NCBI GenBank assembly: GCA_002269645.1
Contig: NIVC01002688.1
Span: forward strand, 85,717-149,716
From: Macrostomum lignano
Taxonomy: Eukaryota
Length of the DNA: 64,000 nucleotides
Direction: 5' to 3'
Both the position numbers and the translations under genes were made by a program. Shown one piece after another: positions 12,806 to 26,805 of the stretch. The notes under the pieces are model-generated. The model ran no database searches. It worked only from the letters and a program-made list of their open reading frames with translations, and was not told where the DNA came from. Numbering within the stretch: the stretch's first letter is position 1; every line of letters begins with the position of its first letter.

Positions 12806-15800
12806 GCGGCAGCAGCATAACCCAGCTGCTGGATATGATCAACAGCCTCAGCCGGCTGGTGTGCGGCAGCGGGGCGACTGTCTTCACTCAGTACGCCGAT
12901 TCGCTGCGCGCTCGCATGGGCAACCAGACCGGCGGTGACGCCACAATGCCGCCCACTACTGTTGCGCCTGGCAGCAACTCGTCCATTGACCTCAGCGTTC
13001 TGATCCCGCCGGAGGACTGTGAGATTGTTGGGGAATTCCTTTTGTGCTCTTGTTTCTCTGAATGGGGCTGGGTGGCCCCGGCTTATCTGGCTGGGGCTGG
13101 GTGGCCCCGGCTTCTCTGAATGGGGCTGGGTGGCCCCGGCTTATCTGGCTGGGGCTGGGTGGGCAGTGGCCCCGGCTCTAACAGTGAATCTGATGTCTGT
13201 ATATTGGCTTAGTGTTCCATTTTTGCTTCACATGACCATGTAAAAGTGGTCTTCCTTGTTTTCATAGCAAGCATTTTTTGCTCCATCGACCGCCTGCAGT
13301 TTGCTACAACACGAAGTACCAGAATGCCATTTTCGGCGGCATCAAGCAGCTGGCGTCTTCGCTAGGATTTGGTAGCATCTTCGACATCATTTTCGGCGTC
13401 ATTCCCTATTATCCTGACGTGCCCCAGACTCGAAATTTTCTTTCAAAGGTAAGCGGATAATATATAATAAGGTGATTAGTCTTTTAGAAACTTTTTAGCC
13501 CTATATTTCACTTCTTTGGTGGATTTCAGTTAAACGAAACGTTTTTGAGCATGAGCATGACGTCGTATTTGGCGGAGAACTTTACCCAGGATGAGAGTCC
13601 GCGCATTGCCAACTTTCTGGCCAACAGCAGTCAGATGGAGTCTGTCAGGGTGAGCAGTTTTGCTAGAATTGTACTAATTAACCTGCGTTTAAGTAAATCG
13701 TTTCACGTACGTTGCTCTGTGAGAGCCAACCCTATCTGCACACTGTGTGCGCTTCCTGACGACGAGAAATTCAGCGATCCTGTAGACGTACAGCCTGTGT
13801 AGAGTGTTCACCAGCGACGTACCTGTGTACAAGTCAAATGCCGCCTTTATTTTTTCACAGTACCCAAAATCCCACCTGTTTAGATGCACAGATGCATGGC
13901 TTGGCTCACGTTTGACTGTACAGTATCCAGATGCCAAAGGCTTATGGAGGCTAATTTATTCCTGGACAGACTGTGGTCCCGGTCCCGTGTTGCTACGAAT
14001 TGTCTCGTGTTATAAATATAGTAACTATAATACATGAAGCTAAAAAGGGCGTCTCACTTACCCATGACAACTATCTATCACATTACCACCGCAGAACGCT
14101 CTGACCACATGCAGCAACGTGCTCGGCAGCACACCGTACGGTCTGCTCTGCAGCAATTTGTCAGTATTTCTGGCTCCATACCCGGACATTGAGCCGCCCT
14201 CTGTTAGCATGGGCAACTGGCGAGACCTTCTGGACACGGTGGACTCTCTAATGCGCAGGTTGTACTTCTCTACCGCCTGCTTCCGCATGAATAAACTGTA
14301 CGGCTTCGAGAGCGAGCCGCTGCTAGAGAATTACACCAACTTCCTGATTGACGAGTTCGGCAAGAATAGAGGCGTAACAAAGCCGAAGTTCATTGCCTCA
14401 TTGGTGTTTGACAAACTGACGCCCAGCTTCACGAAGTACCGGCTGCGATACGAGCAGAAGTCGGTGGACGGCACGCGAAACTTTAAAGTGTTGGACCGCA
14501 CATTTAGACCCAGGCCGAGGAACTCTTTCCCTACCGATTTCAAGTACTTCACTTCCTTCTTTTTGCACATTCAGGTGAGTCTCTCAGCATTTCAGTAGTA
14601 AAGTATCTTGTCCTGAATTCCCATGCCTACTGGACAATTTAAAAAATCTATTGCTTCTTGCCTGAAAAAATAAAGTTAATTAAACATTAAGCATCTGATT
14701 TGCTCATCCACAGGAGCTGCTTGAGCACGGCATCCAGGCAGCCGTGACTGGTGTGAACGCGCCGTTCCAGACCTATATAAACATGTTCCCGTCGGCCTGC
14801 TTCCAGCAGGACAACTTCGCCAACGTGATGGGCTCCTTCCTGCCCATGATCATGACCATCTCCTGGATTTACAACGTGTCGCTGCTAGTGAACGCCATTG
14901 TCTACGAGAAAGAGACGCGGCTGAAAGAGATGATGAAGATCATGGGGCTGTCTGACGGAGTGCACTGGGTCTCCTGGTTCATCACCTCTCTGATCATCAT
15001 GGTTATCGCTAGCGCTTTTATGGTTCTGCTTCTGAAAACCGGGCAGCTTGTCGTGTACTCAGACCCTCTGCTGTTGTTCCTGTTTATCGTGTCGTTTGTT
15101 GTGAGCACAATTTGTGAGGCCTTCTTTATTTCAATTTTCTTCTCAAACTCGAGCGTGGCGGCCGCCTTCGCCGGCGTGATCTACTTCCTCGGCTATGTGC
15201 CGTACAGCGTGGTTGACAGCTTCTCGGACAGTATGACTCGGCCGCAGTACTTGTTGAGCTGCCTTATTCCTCAGCTAGCATTTGGAGTGGGCTGCAAGTT
15301 CATTGGCAGCTGGGAGCTCGCTTCGGTCGGGCTGCAGCACAAAAACTTTTACGATTCACCGCTTGCCACTAGCGAATTTACATTCAACCAGGTTGGTTTT
15401 CCGAAAAATAATTTGTAGCTTTTCGTTAACAACTATCAGGTAACTAAGTCAAAGAACCGTTACTTAGCTGATGCTATCATATACCTAATACGTTTCAAAA
15501 TCCTCAGGTAGTCGTTATGATGTGGATAGACTCTGGCATTCTTATGCTGCTCACCTGGTACCTGGAGAAGGTATTTCCGGGAGCCTATGGAGTGCCCAAA
15601 CCGTGGTACTTTCCGTTCTCGCCGTCTTACTGGTGCGGTCAGTCAAAGAAAGCTCTGACAGTTGATGTCGAAGGTGGCATTGACAATCTGGGCGCCTCTG
15701 CCTCATCCCTGGCATCGTCCCCAGTGTCCGACTCGTCCAGATCCTCCCAAGAAAAGCCTGCTTCAAACGGAGTCACGGCTGGTGTAGAGTTGAATGGTCA

Positions 15801-18800
15801 CAACTCTTCGCACTTCGAGGACGAGCCAAAGCACCTGAGCATTGGCATCAGCGTCAGGAACCTCACCAAGGTCTACGAGCCCGGCAGGTGCGCCTGCAAA
15901 AAGAATGCGAAGCCCTTCACGGCTGTGGACAATCTGAGCTATAATTTCTACGAAGGACAGGTCACCTCGTTCCTTGGTCACAATGGCGCTGGTAAATCCA
16001 ATGCAACAGATATTATTACTTCCAAGGCTCGTAAATTTAACACACGCGAAATTTGATCTCTGAATAACGGTATATACCTTGTGTTCTAAACAGGTAAAAG
16101 CACGACAATGTCCCTTCTGACGGGTTTGTACACACCAACATCGGGCACCGCCTTTATCGGCGGGTACGACATCCGCACAGAGATGGACCAGATTCGCCAA
16201 CAACTCGGCCTGTGTCCTCAGCACAATGTGCTTTTCGACACTCTGACGGTGGAGGACCACATCTACTTCTACGGCATGCTCAAAGGCCTCAGCAGGGCGG
16301 AGGTCGCCCAGCAGGTTGACTCGTTCATCGCAGACGTCGGCCTACAGAAAAAGAAGTACGAAATAAGCAAGAATCTGTCAGGCGGGATGAAGCGAAAGCT
16401 GTCTGTCGCCATGGCGTTTGTCGGCGGATCGAAGGTCGTCGTACTGGACGAGCCGACCGCTGGTGAGTCGGCGGTTTTGTACCGACAAGATATTTCTTTC
16501 AGCCACCATCCGTTTGACAAACAAAACTGCGAATTTTAGGCGTCGACCCGCACGCGCGTCGCTCGATCTGGGACGTGTTGGCGAAGTTCCGTCAGGGCCG
16601 CACCATCATCCTGACCACCCACCACATGGACGAGGCGGACATTCTGGGCGACCGAATCTGCATCATTAACAAAGGCCGTCTCGTGTGCTCAGGCTCTCCG
16701 ATGTTTCTCAAGAAAGTTTTCGGTGAGGGCTACACCCTGACTCTGGTAAAGGCGTCCTTAGACTTCGATACGGATAAAGTTCTGAGCTTAGTGCAGTCTG
16801 AGGTCTCAGAGGCGAGCCTGGGGGAGTGCACATCCAGCGAAATCAGCATAAAGCTGCCATACAGCTCTGTGCCTCTGCTTGCTGGCCTGTTTGCTAGCCT
16901 TGATGAGAAAATGGCCAACTTAAACATAGCAACTTATGGTATCGAGGACAGCTCGCTTGAAGAAATTTTCCTAGCTGTGACGGGTTGCAGCTTGGAGAAC
17001 AGCGAGGAGCTGCTCGATGATCCCTCTGTTGTCGGTTTCCGGCCGACTCTGCGGGAAAGTGTCCGGCGTAGGCAGCTGCAGCGCGCGATGCTCGGCTGCA
17101 GAAGTGCCGCTGACAGCGTTGTTGGAGCCGCTTCAGAAGACACTCCTAGTGAGCTTCCTATCAACTCCAGCTCCGAGTGCATCTGCCCTTACGATCCTGT
17201 CGATGATGTGGTTTCTTCCGTGGCCTCTGCAGTGCCTTCAACTGAGCCTGCGTCCTTGCGAAAGCACGAGCCAAGCCGAACGCGTCGGCCTTTGTGGCAG
17301 CAGATCAAGGCGCTCTGGCTCAAACGCTTTCACGTTCTGCGTCGCTCAAAGATCGGATTCCTCGCCGAGTTTGTGCTGCCTGCAGTCTTTATCCTATTGA
17401 CCCTCGCTCTGCTGCAAATTGTGCCCAAAGACGGCGACAGTCCACCGATGGAGTTGGCGCCCTGGTACATGCTCGGAAAGCCAGAGCGATCTCGCCTCAA
17501 GGACCTATCAGTGTTCCAGAGCCGCAGCCTGACCGCCTACCCAAACAACCACAGCCTGACCGACCTGTCCAACCGGCTGATGCTGCACATGAACAGCACG
17601 GACTTCCTCGGAACTCGCTGCATGCGAGAGGATGTGTTCAGCAACCCCGACTTCCCGTGCAAGACGCAGCGACGAGGCTCTGTGTGGTCTGAGACTCCTA
17701 GCAACCTGCCCAGCAACACGTCGTGGTGTCAGTGCTCGTACAAGGACTACCCGAACAGCGCCAAGTGCGTTGACTGGCCAACGCCAGCTCGGAAGTCTCT
17801 GATGAGCTCCGACATTGTGGAGAGCATGCAGGGCTACAACCTGACAAACTACATCCAGTCGACAGTGATGGAGTACTACCGAAAGAGATTCGGAGGCTAC
17901 ACGCTGTTCGTGAACGACTCGCAGCCAGTCAGTGCAGACGCGCAAAGTGCCAATGTTGAGGCGCAGCATTTTCTACGGACTTTAAATAACCTGACAGACG
18001 GGAATTCAACAGACTGGTAAGCAAAACTTGTTTACGTTTATTGATAAACGGCTCTGTAATCTTCTGCGGGCCGTTGAAAGCGCAATAGTTTTAAGTTCTA
18101 AACTTCAAAATTTTGCTGTTTAACAGGTTCATTGGACAGGTTTTGTCTTATCTTGAGAGCGTCCGGCTGCCAGCTAATCTGAGCTCCATTGTGAACCAAG
18201 TCTGGTTCGACAACCGGGGCTACGTGTCCGGGCCTGCCTACCTCAACACCCTCAGCAACGCCATCATGAGGGCTCTGGCTAACAAGAGCATCGGCTCGCC
18301 TGACCAGATCGGCGTGTCCGGCTGGACTCACCCCATCACACCTCGAACAACCTACATAAAGAATGTTCTTAACGCAAACACGGTAGTATCAGCCATGACA
18401 GTGGTGTCCATTATCTTCGCCCTGTCCTTCATCCCCGCCAGCTTTGTGCTCTTCCTCATCTCGGAGAGAACCACAAACGCTAAGCACCTGCAGTTCGTGT
18501 CCGGAATTAACCCTACTACGTACTGGATCGTGAACCACATCTGGAACCTGTTGAACTACATGGTGCCGCTGACCATCGTAATATTCCTGTTTGTGGCATT
18601 CAAGAACTACGAGTTCGTTGGTGCGCAGACCATCGGACCGTTCCTACTGACTATGGTTCTTTTTGGGTTCGCTAGTGCACCACTGATGTACCCCTTCAGC
18701 TGGGTGATGACCGTTCCGAGCAAGGCGTTCACCATGCTAGCCTGCCTGAACTTGGGCATCGGGTTCACAACAACAATGTCCGTCACAATTGTCAGGATGA

Positions 18801-21800
18801 TAGGCGAGCAAAACAACGATCAGAGCATGATAAACACCGCTGATACTCTGAAAGCCGTTTTTCTTCTCCTGCCGCACTTCTGTTTGGGCCAGTCTCTCAT
18901 GGAGTTAAACATCTACTACCAGGTATTGCTGGTCAATTGCAATTTAATTTTTTGCTGCTTTAGAAACATTTAGGGACTACATTAATGATGCCACACTTTT
19001 CCTGCAGATCAATGTCAGACTGGCGGAGCTGATGAAACAGACTGGAGCAAGTGCCTCTGACTTGAGCAGGTATGTTGAAGGTTTCGACGCGTATGACAAC
19101 CCCTGGAGCGCCTCTGGCCGATATCTGGCCTGCCTTGTGGCGCACAGTGTTGTGTACTTTGCACTCGTGCTGCTGCTCGAGTACAACTGCTGCTGCAAGC
19201 AGGGCCTCGTGTCCTCGCGCTTCTTCCGCCTCTTCTACCGCGCCGAGTACGAGCGCGCGCTGAGGCAGCCGGAAGCAGCGGAGATCGACGATGACGTGCT
19301 CGCTGAAGCTGCCAAGGTTGACGGAGCCGGCGCCAGCTCCTACTTGCTCGAACTGCAGCGGCTCGTCAAGATTTTCAGCACCAGCTCCGGACCGAGAGCC
19401 GCCGTCAAAGGCATCAGTCTGGGAGTGAAGTCTCAGGAGTGCTTCGGCTTCTTGGGCGTCAACGGAGCTGGCAAGACGACCACGTTCAAGATGCTGACTG
19501 GTGAGTCGCTGGGAGCAGATGCTGTCCGTAGGTTCAAGAGGTCCTATCGATTTGCTTTTTCTACTTAAATGCTCAATGCATGCATTTTCACCCTCGATGC
19601 CTCGATGACCTCAGGTGACCTCACACCGACGAGCGGAGACGCTCGAGTCGGCGGCTTCTCAATCCTGACGGAGGCTCTCGAGGTGCACAAACAGCTGGGA
19701 TATTGTCCCCAGTTCGATGCGCTGCTGCCACTACTGACCGGCAGGGAGACGCTGCAGCTGTACGCGAGGATTCGAGGAGTGGAGGAGGAGGACGTCGACC
19801 AGCTGGTGGAGACCATCTCAAAGAGGTTCGTCACCGATCTTGCTCTTGCTCGCGTTACTCTGATAAGTGAAACGATGGAAGTGAAATTGAAATTGAATGA
19901 ATGTTACTCTAATAAGTGCGCTTTTGAAATGAGAAGATTGTACGCAGAGCCACCTCGACACCGCAGGGTGGGCATCGAGGCGCACCTGGACAAGACCACT
20001 CAGGAGTACAGCGGAGGCAACAAGCGCAAGCTCTCCTGCGGCATCGCGTTCATCGGCAACCCGCCCATCGTGTTCCTGGACGAGCCAACTGCCGGCATGG
20101 ACCCTGGAGCTCGCAGATTCCTTTGGCGCTGCATCCAACGCATGGTCACTGCTGGCTCGTGCGTCATTCTCACAACTCACAGCATGGAGGATTGCCAAGC
20201 GCTGTGTCACAGGCTCACCATCATGGTGAGAGCAGCTCAGTGCTGGTATTTCAGCTCATGCAGCAGCCAAGCAGCTCACTTTCCCCACCATACCTTCACT
20301 AACATCTCACACAGGTGAACGGCAGACTGCAGTGCATCGGCAGTCCTCAGCACTTGAAGAACAAGTTCGGCCAAGGGTTCACCATCTTCCTGCGCGTTCG
20401 TCAGCCGCAGTCGCAGGAGGCGACATCCGCCTCTGCCTCGGCCTCCGCTACCATCGATAGCACGGAAGGTCAGCTGGAGAGAGCTCACGAAGCGTTCGTG
20501 TCGGCCTTTCCGGACGCCGTGCTGTGCGAGAACCACGCGGCTGTGCTGCAGTACCAGCTGAAGCAGACCGTGAGGCTCAGGACCATCTTTGAGAGCGTCC
20601 AGAGGCTCAAGGACAACGGTCTGGTGCTGGACTACAGCGTCAACCAGACCACTCTGGACCAGGTAACCTCATTGTTTAACCTCACAAGTAAAGCGTTTTT
20701 GCTGATAGCCTATGACAGTGCATGCCAATTCCGGTGCTGCAGGTGTTCATCAACTTCGCCAAGAACCAGACGGAGACATCCGAAGAGACGAGTCGCAAAG
20801 ACAAGGGTCTGCTGAAGCGGCTAAAAAGTAAGTGGGAGTGTTTTGACACTTGACCTAAGTGATGGTTTCAGCTGGTAGTATCTACAGACGACGTCAGCAG
20901 CTCCTCTATTGTTAGGGTAGTCGGAGGCTCCAAGTGACCTCTACCTGACCGCCCTGACCTGACCCCGTCGCAGCTCTCTTTAGTACAGCGTATTTTTTGT
21001 TTCTTTTGCTGTTGTTGATGGTGGTGGTGTTGCTGCTGCTGTTGTTGGTGTCATTGTTGCTGTGGCTACTGTATATGCAGGTCATCTTCGATCAGTGTCC
21101 CAATGCAAGCGGATTCCTATTTGGCTCCACGTCAAGAGCTCTCATCTCAGCCAGACTTTTTTCCCTTTGCCCAGACTGCATGAGCTCAAGGAAAGTCAGC
21201 GACGCGAAATTGTCAGACGAGGATGAGGCCGATGGCGCCCACAGCGGGTGCTCACGTGAGGCGGCATGGGCGGCCCCGGTGCTCAATGGTAGCGATATCA
21301 GTTTGAAATCAATAAAAGGCATGAATAGAGCCGCTTTCAATTGTTCGCAAGTATCAATACTTATCGCTGATCAATTATGAGTTTGTCTCGTGATTCACCG
21401 CGCAAATTATAGAAAAATATTTCTAGTATTATGGATATGAGCCCCCGCTTCTCACTACTTCTTGATTGATTTGCTGCTTTTAATGCATACCAGAGTATAC
21501 CGATATAGTTCCGGTGCATGCATTGTCCTGTTTCTAACAATGAAGTTAACATGTTCTTTTGACTTTGGCAGAGCTGGGCCGCAAGAAGCCGGCGGCCCGC
21601 TACCAGCCTTCCAGCCAGGCTGCCGGCCCGGCGCCCCGGTTGCTGCCAGCGGCGACGGAGCTCGGAGCGGCGTCTGCGATAGTGGGGACGCGGCGACTTG
21701 TGAGTTGGTTTTGTTAGTCTGCCGGGTTAGGTGTAACAGGTGATATTCAGTCTGCTGTGCCTTCTATGTTGGCTGGACTAGCAATCCATTCTACTGTAAT

Positions 21801-24800
21801 ATCCATATTGGCTAGACTAGCAATCCAATCTACTGTAATATCCATATTGGCTAGACTAGCAATCCATTCTACTGTAATATCCATATTGGCTAGACTAGCA
21901 ATCCATTCTACTGTAATATCCATATTGGCTAGACTAGCAATCCATTCTACTGTAATATCCATATTGGCTAGACTAGCAATCCATTCTACTGTAATATCCA
22001 TATTGGCTAGACTAGCAATCCATTCTACTGTAATATCCATATTGGCTAGACTAGCAATCCAATCTACTGTAATATCCATATTGGCTAGACTAGCAATCCA
22101 TTCTACTGTAATATCCATATTGGCTAGACTAGCAATCCATTCTACTGTAATATCCATATTGGCTAGACTAGCAATCCATTCTACTGTAATATCCATATTG
22201 GCTAGACTAGCAATCCATTCTACTGTAATATCCATATTGGCTAGACTAGCAATCCATTCTACTGTAATATCCATATTGGCTAGACTAGCAATCCATTCTA
22301 CTGTAATATCCATATTGGCTAGACTAGCAATCCATTCTACTGTAATATCCATATTGGCTAGACTAGCAATCCATTCTACTGTAATGTCCATATTGGCTAG
22401 ACTAGCAATCCAATCTACTGTAATATCCATATTGGCTAGACTAGCAATCCATTCTACTGTAATATCCATATTGGCTAGACTAGCAATCCATTCTACTGTA
22501 ATATCCATATTGGCTAGACTAGCAATCCATTCTACTGTAATATCCATATTGGCTAGACTAGCAATCCATTCTACTGTAATATCCATATTGGCTAGACTAG
22601 CAATCCATTCTACTGTAATATCCATATTGGCTAGACTAGCAATCCAATCTACTGTAATATCCATATTGGCTAGACTAGCAATCCATTCTACTGTAATATC
22701 CATATTGGCTAGACTAGCAATCCATTCTACTGTAATATCCATATTGGCTAGACTAGCAATCCATTCTACTGTAATATCCATATTGGCTAGACTAGCAATC
22801 CATTCTACTGTAATATCCATATTGGCTAGACTAGCAATCCAATCTACTGTAATATCCATACTGGCTAGACTAGCAATCCAATCTACTGTAATATCCATAT
22901 TGGCTAGACTAGCAATCCAATCTACTGTAATATCCATATTGACTAGACTAGCAATCCATTCTTCTGTAATATCCATATTGGCTAGACTAGCAATCCATTC
23001 TACTGTAATATCCATATTGGCTAGACTAGCAATCCATTCTACTGTAATATCCATATTGGCTAGAATAGCAATCCATTCTACTGTAATATCCATATTGGCT
23101 AGACTAGCAATCCATTCTACTGTAATATCCATATTGGCTAGACTAGCAATCCAATCTACTGTAATATCCATATTGGCTAGACTAGCAATCCAATCTACTG
23201 TAATATCCATATTGGCTAGACTAGCAATCCAATCTACTGTAATATCCATATTGGCTAGACTAGCAATCCAATCTACTGTAATATCCATATTGGCTAGACT
23301 AGCAATCCATTCTACTGTAATATCCATATTGGCTAGACTAGCAATCCATTCTACTGTAATATCCATATTGGCTAGACTAGCAATCCATTCTACTGTAATA
23401 TCCATATTGGCTAGACTAGCAATCCAATCTACTGTAATATCCATATTGGCTAGACTAGCAATCCATTCTACTGTAATATCCATATTGGCTAGACTAGCAA
23501 TCCATTCTACTGTAATATCCATATTGGCTAGACTAGCAATCCATTCTACTGTAATATCCATATTGGCTAGACTAGCAATCCATTCTACTGTAATATCCAT
23601 ATTGGCTAGACTAGCAATCCAATCTACTGTAATATCCATATTGGCTAGACTAGCAATCCAATCTACTGTAATATCCATATTGGCTAGACTAGCAATCCAA
23701 TCTACTGTAATATCCATATTGGCTAGACTAGCAATCCAATCTACTGTAATATCCATATTGGCTAGACTAGCAATCCATTCTACTGTAATATCCATATTGG
23801 CTAGACTAGCAATCCAATCTACTGTAATATCCATATTGGCTAGACTAGCAATCCAATCTACTGTAATATCCATATTGACTAGACTAGCAATCCATTCTTC
23901 TGTAATATCCATATTGGCTAGACTAGCAATCCATTCTACTGTAATATCCATATTGGCTAGACTAGCAATCCATTCTACTGTAATATCCATATTGGCTAGA
24001 CTAGCAATCCAATCTACTGTAATATCCATATTGGCTAGACTAGCAATCCATTCTACTGTAATATCCATATTGGCTAGACTAGCAATCCATTCTACTGTAA
24101 TATCCATATTGGCTAGACTAGCAATCCATTCTACTGTAATATCCATATTGGCTAGACTAGCAATCCATTCTACTGTAATATCCATATTGGCTAGACTAGC
24201 AATCCAATCTACTGTAATATCCATATTGGCTAGACTAGCAATCCATTCTACTGTAATATCCATATTGGCTAGACTAGCAATCCATTCTACTGTAATATCC
24301 ATATTGGCTAGACTAGCAATCCATTCTACTGTAATATCCATATTGGCTAGACTAGCAATCCATTCTACTGTAATATCCATATTGGCTAGACTAGCAATCC
24401 AATCTACTGTAATATCCATATTGGCTAGACTAGCAATCCAATCTACTGTAATATCCATATTGGCTAGACTAGCAATCCAATCTACTGTAATATCCATATT
24501 GGCTAGACTAGCAATCCAATCTACTGTAATATCCATATTGGCTAGACTAGCAATCCATTCTACTGTAATATCCATACTGGCTAGACTAGCAATCCAATCT
24601 ACTGTAATATCCATATTGGCTAGACTAGCAATCCAATCTACTGTAATATCCATATTGGCTAGACTAGCAATCCATTCTACTGTAATATCCATATTGGCCA
24701 GACTAGCAATCCAATCTACTGTAATATCCATATTGGCTAGACTAGCAATCCATTCCACTCCCTCATTCCAGTCGCCGGCCGCCAGAACGCGGCCTTCAGT

Positions 24801-24878
24801 GCCGAAGAGACCCCCAAAGAGCCGCCTGCTGCCCCGGCCTGCAAGTGGGTGGACTTCAACGAAGACTCAGTGGCTTGA
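9446..24878 (+). CDS. ABCA: ABCA-subfamily full transporter, copy B (complete, multi-exon; last two exons tentative)
   Basis: Exon 1 9446-9514 [23 protein letters not shown]; TMD1 14744-15390; NBD1 [23 protein letters not shown]; 481-aa exon 16540-18016; TMD2 18127-18922; NBD2 [26 protein letters not shown]; C-terminal TTLDQ|VFINFAK; probable terminal exons 21572-21699 and 24772-24878. Confidence 0.93.
10728..11285. repeat. 43-bp intronic minisatellite (~13 copies) in ABCA copy B
   Basis: Unit GGTCCAGTTCTCTGCAGCCCAGCTGCTCCATCACATCCATGCT. Confidence 0.95.
11700..12112. repeat. 30-bp intronic minisatellite (~13 copies) in ABCA copy B
   Basis: Unit GACTGCAGAACCCCAGCTGCTCAGTCTGGT, following the FPFPA|gtgagc donor. 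Confidence 0.95.
12760..12800 (+). repeat. (GGC)n coding microsatellite giving a poly-Gly tract in ECD1 of copy B
   Basis: In frame within exon: [20 protein letters not shown]; no such long run at the equivalent position of A or C. Confidence 0.85.
16540..18016 (+). CDS. ABCA: Large central exon of ABCA copy B (NBD1 end, R1, TM7, ECD2)
   Basis: ORF 16575-18020: [36 protein letters not shown]. Confidence 0.9.
19010..20662 (+). CDS. ABCA: ABCA copy B NBD2/R2 exons
   Basis: [59 protein letters not shown]. Confidence 0.9.
21752..24757. repeat. 39-bp minisatellite, ~77 copies (3 kb), probably in the last intron of copy B
   Basis: Unit CTACTGTAATATCCATATTGGCTAGACTAGCAATCCATT; flanked by a gtgagt donor (21700) and a polypyrimidine-CAG acceptor (24771). 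Confidence 0.97.
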
Positions 24879-25204
24879 AGTGCTCAACTTTGAGATTGAA
24901 GCTCATGCAGCGTGTATAATTGTCACTTTTTTGTACCCTGTTGATCTCTAAAACTATTGCTGACTCATATTGATGCCGTTTTAATGATAACTTGCCCAAA
25001 GCACTATTAACTAAACAAAATATTTTGCAACTGGTGAGATACGTAATAATCACAATTATTTTGTACAATTTTAGGTATGCATTAGAGGTATGTTCCGTGC
25101 TCTTCTGCGTTAAATCAGTGTCCACACCTTGCAGGCATTCGTGCATTCATGCGACATGTGCTGGTTGAATTTGGGAACTTATAGGCCAGTTGGGACACTT
25201 TTTA

Positions 25205-25652
25205 GACTGTTCAGACAGTATTGGGACTGTCCGGATATTATTGGGACTGTCCGGACATTATTGGGACTGTGTGGTTATTTTTGGGACTGCCCGGTTATTA
25301 TTGGAACTGTTCGGAAAATATTGGGACTGTCCGGACATTAGCGGGACTGTTCGAAAAATATTGGGACTGTCCGGACATTAGCGGGACTGTTCGGAAAATA
25401 TTGGGACTGTCCGGACATTAGCGGGACTGTTCGGAAAATATTGGGACTGTCCGGACATTAGTGGAATTGTTCGGAAAATATTGGGACTGTCCGGACATTA
25501 GCGGGACTGTTGGGAAAATATTGGGACTGTCCGGACATTAGCGGGACTCTTCGGAAAATATTGGGACTCCGGACATTAGCGGGACTGTTCGGAAAATATT
25601 GGGACTGTCCGGACATTAGCGGGACTGTTCGGAAAATATTGGGACTGTCCAG
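25205..25652. repeat. 20/40-bp tandem repeat between copies B and C
   Basis: Unit GGGACTGTTCGGAAAATATTGGGACTGTCCGGACATTAGC, made of two GGGACTG subunits. Confidence 0.9.
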
Positions 25653-25994
25653 ACAATTTTAACTGTCTTAACTTTCTTGACCGTGTCAAATTCAGATGGC
25701 GATTGAAACCATTCGCAAATTCTTTTGAGGTTTTTGTTTGTTAAATGTCTAAATGCATTGCCTTAATCAAAATATTAGATTTTTTATGCGTTTCTTAGAT
25801 TTTGTTTATTTTTTTATTCAGATATTTCTGTGATATTAAATGCACATTCTGAGACCTGCAGTAGTTCTTCTTTTACCAACCAATATAAACCGCGATCAGC
25901 CACTTTCAAGGAAACCTCTGTCACAAGTTCTATTCCAAATTGTTGTGAAAATTTGAATTCAACTGATCTTTGTTCAAGCTCTTTTCGCTGAAGT

Positions 25995-26365
25995 TCACCC
26001 CATCGCACACTCACCCCCTACTGCACACTCACCCCATTGCACACTCACCCCCTACTGCACACTCACCCCATCGCACACTCACCCCCTACTGCACACTCAC
26101 CCCATTGCACACTCAACCCCTACTGCATACTCACCCCATTGCACACTCACCCCCTACTGCACACTCACCCCATCGCACACTCACCCCCTACTGCACACTC
26201 ACCCCATTGCACACTCACCGCCTACTGCACACTCACCCCATCGCACGCTCACCCCCTACTGCACACTCACCCCATTGCACGCACACTCACCCCATTGCAC
26301 GCACACTCACCCCATTGCACGCACACTCACCCCATTGCACACTCACTCCCTACTGCACACTCACC
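25995..26365. repeat. 16-18-bp degenerate tandem repeat
   Basis: Alternating GCACACTCACCCCCTACT and GCACACTCACCCCATT. Confidence 0.9.
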
Positions 26366-26805
26366 CCCTGCTGCACCCTATTGCAAACTTGCAATATGAG
26401 ACACTTCGTACTGCATAAGCATAAGTATTGATATACCGCATAGTAGACACTTGGACGGCAGAAGATGAACTCTACAATGCGACACAGTAACATATATTTG
26501 TGAATCAATGCTGACAGAGCCGCTACAAAAGAACAGGAAAATAAAATTAATTTAGGAATGTTCTACTTGCATGTTCTGCTTGCATACTAGTAGCTAAAAA
26601 CATTTGCATTTTTGACCACCTACGAGCGTAGAGGCACCAGCAGTGGAAGTAAAATCTTATTGCTAAAGGGCTAAAACTGACTTCATTTGACTTATCTGGC
26701 ATGTACAATGACTAAAAGCAACACTGAAACTTCGCCTCATATTTCATCTTTCACGCGCGAAAGATTTGAGCAGGAGAATTCCGACTGGAGTTGAATGTCC
26801 AGCCC

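Noticed and set aside
21747-24951. 1003-aa and 1064-aa ORFs on opposite strands
   Set aside because: Stop-free translations of a 39-bp unit (a multiple of 3) lying between a splice donor and acceptor; no unique coding flanks
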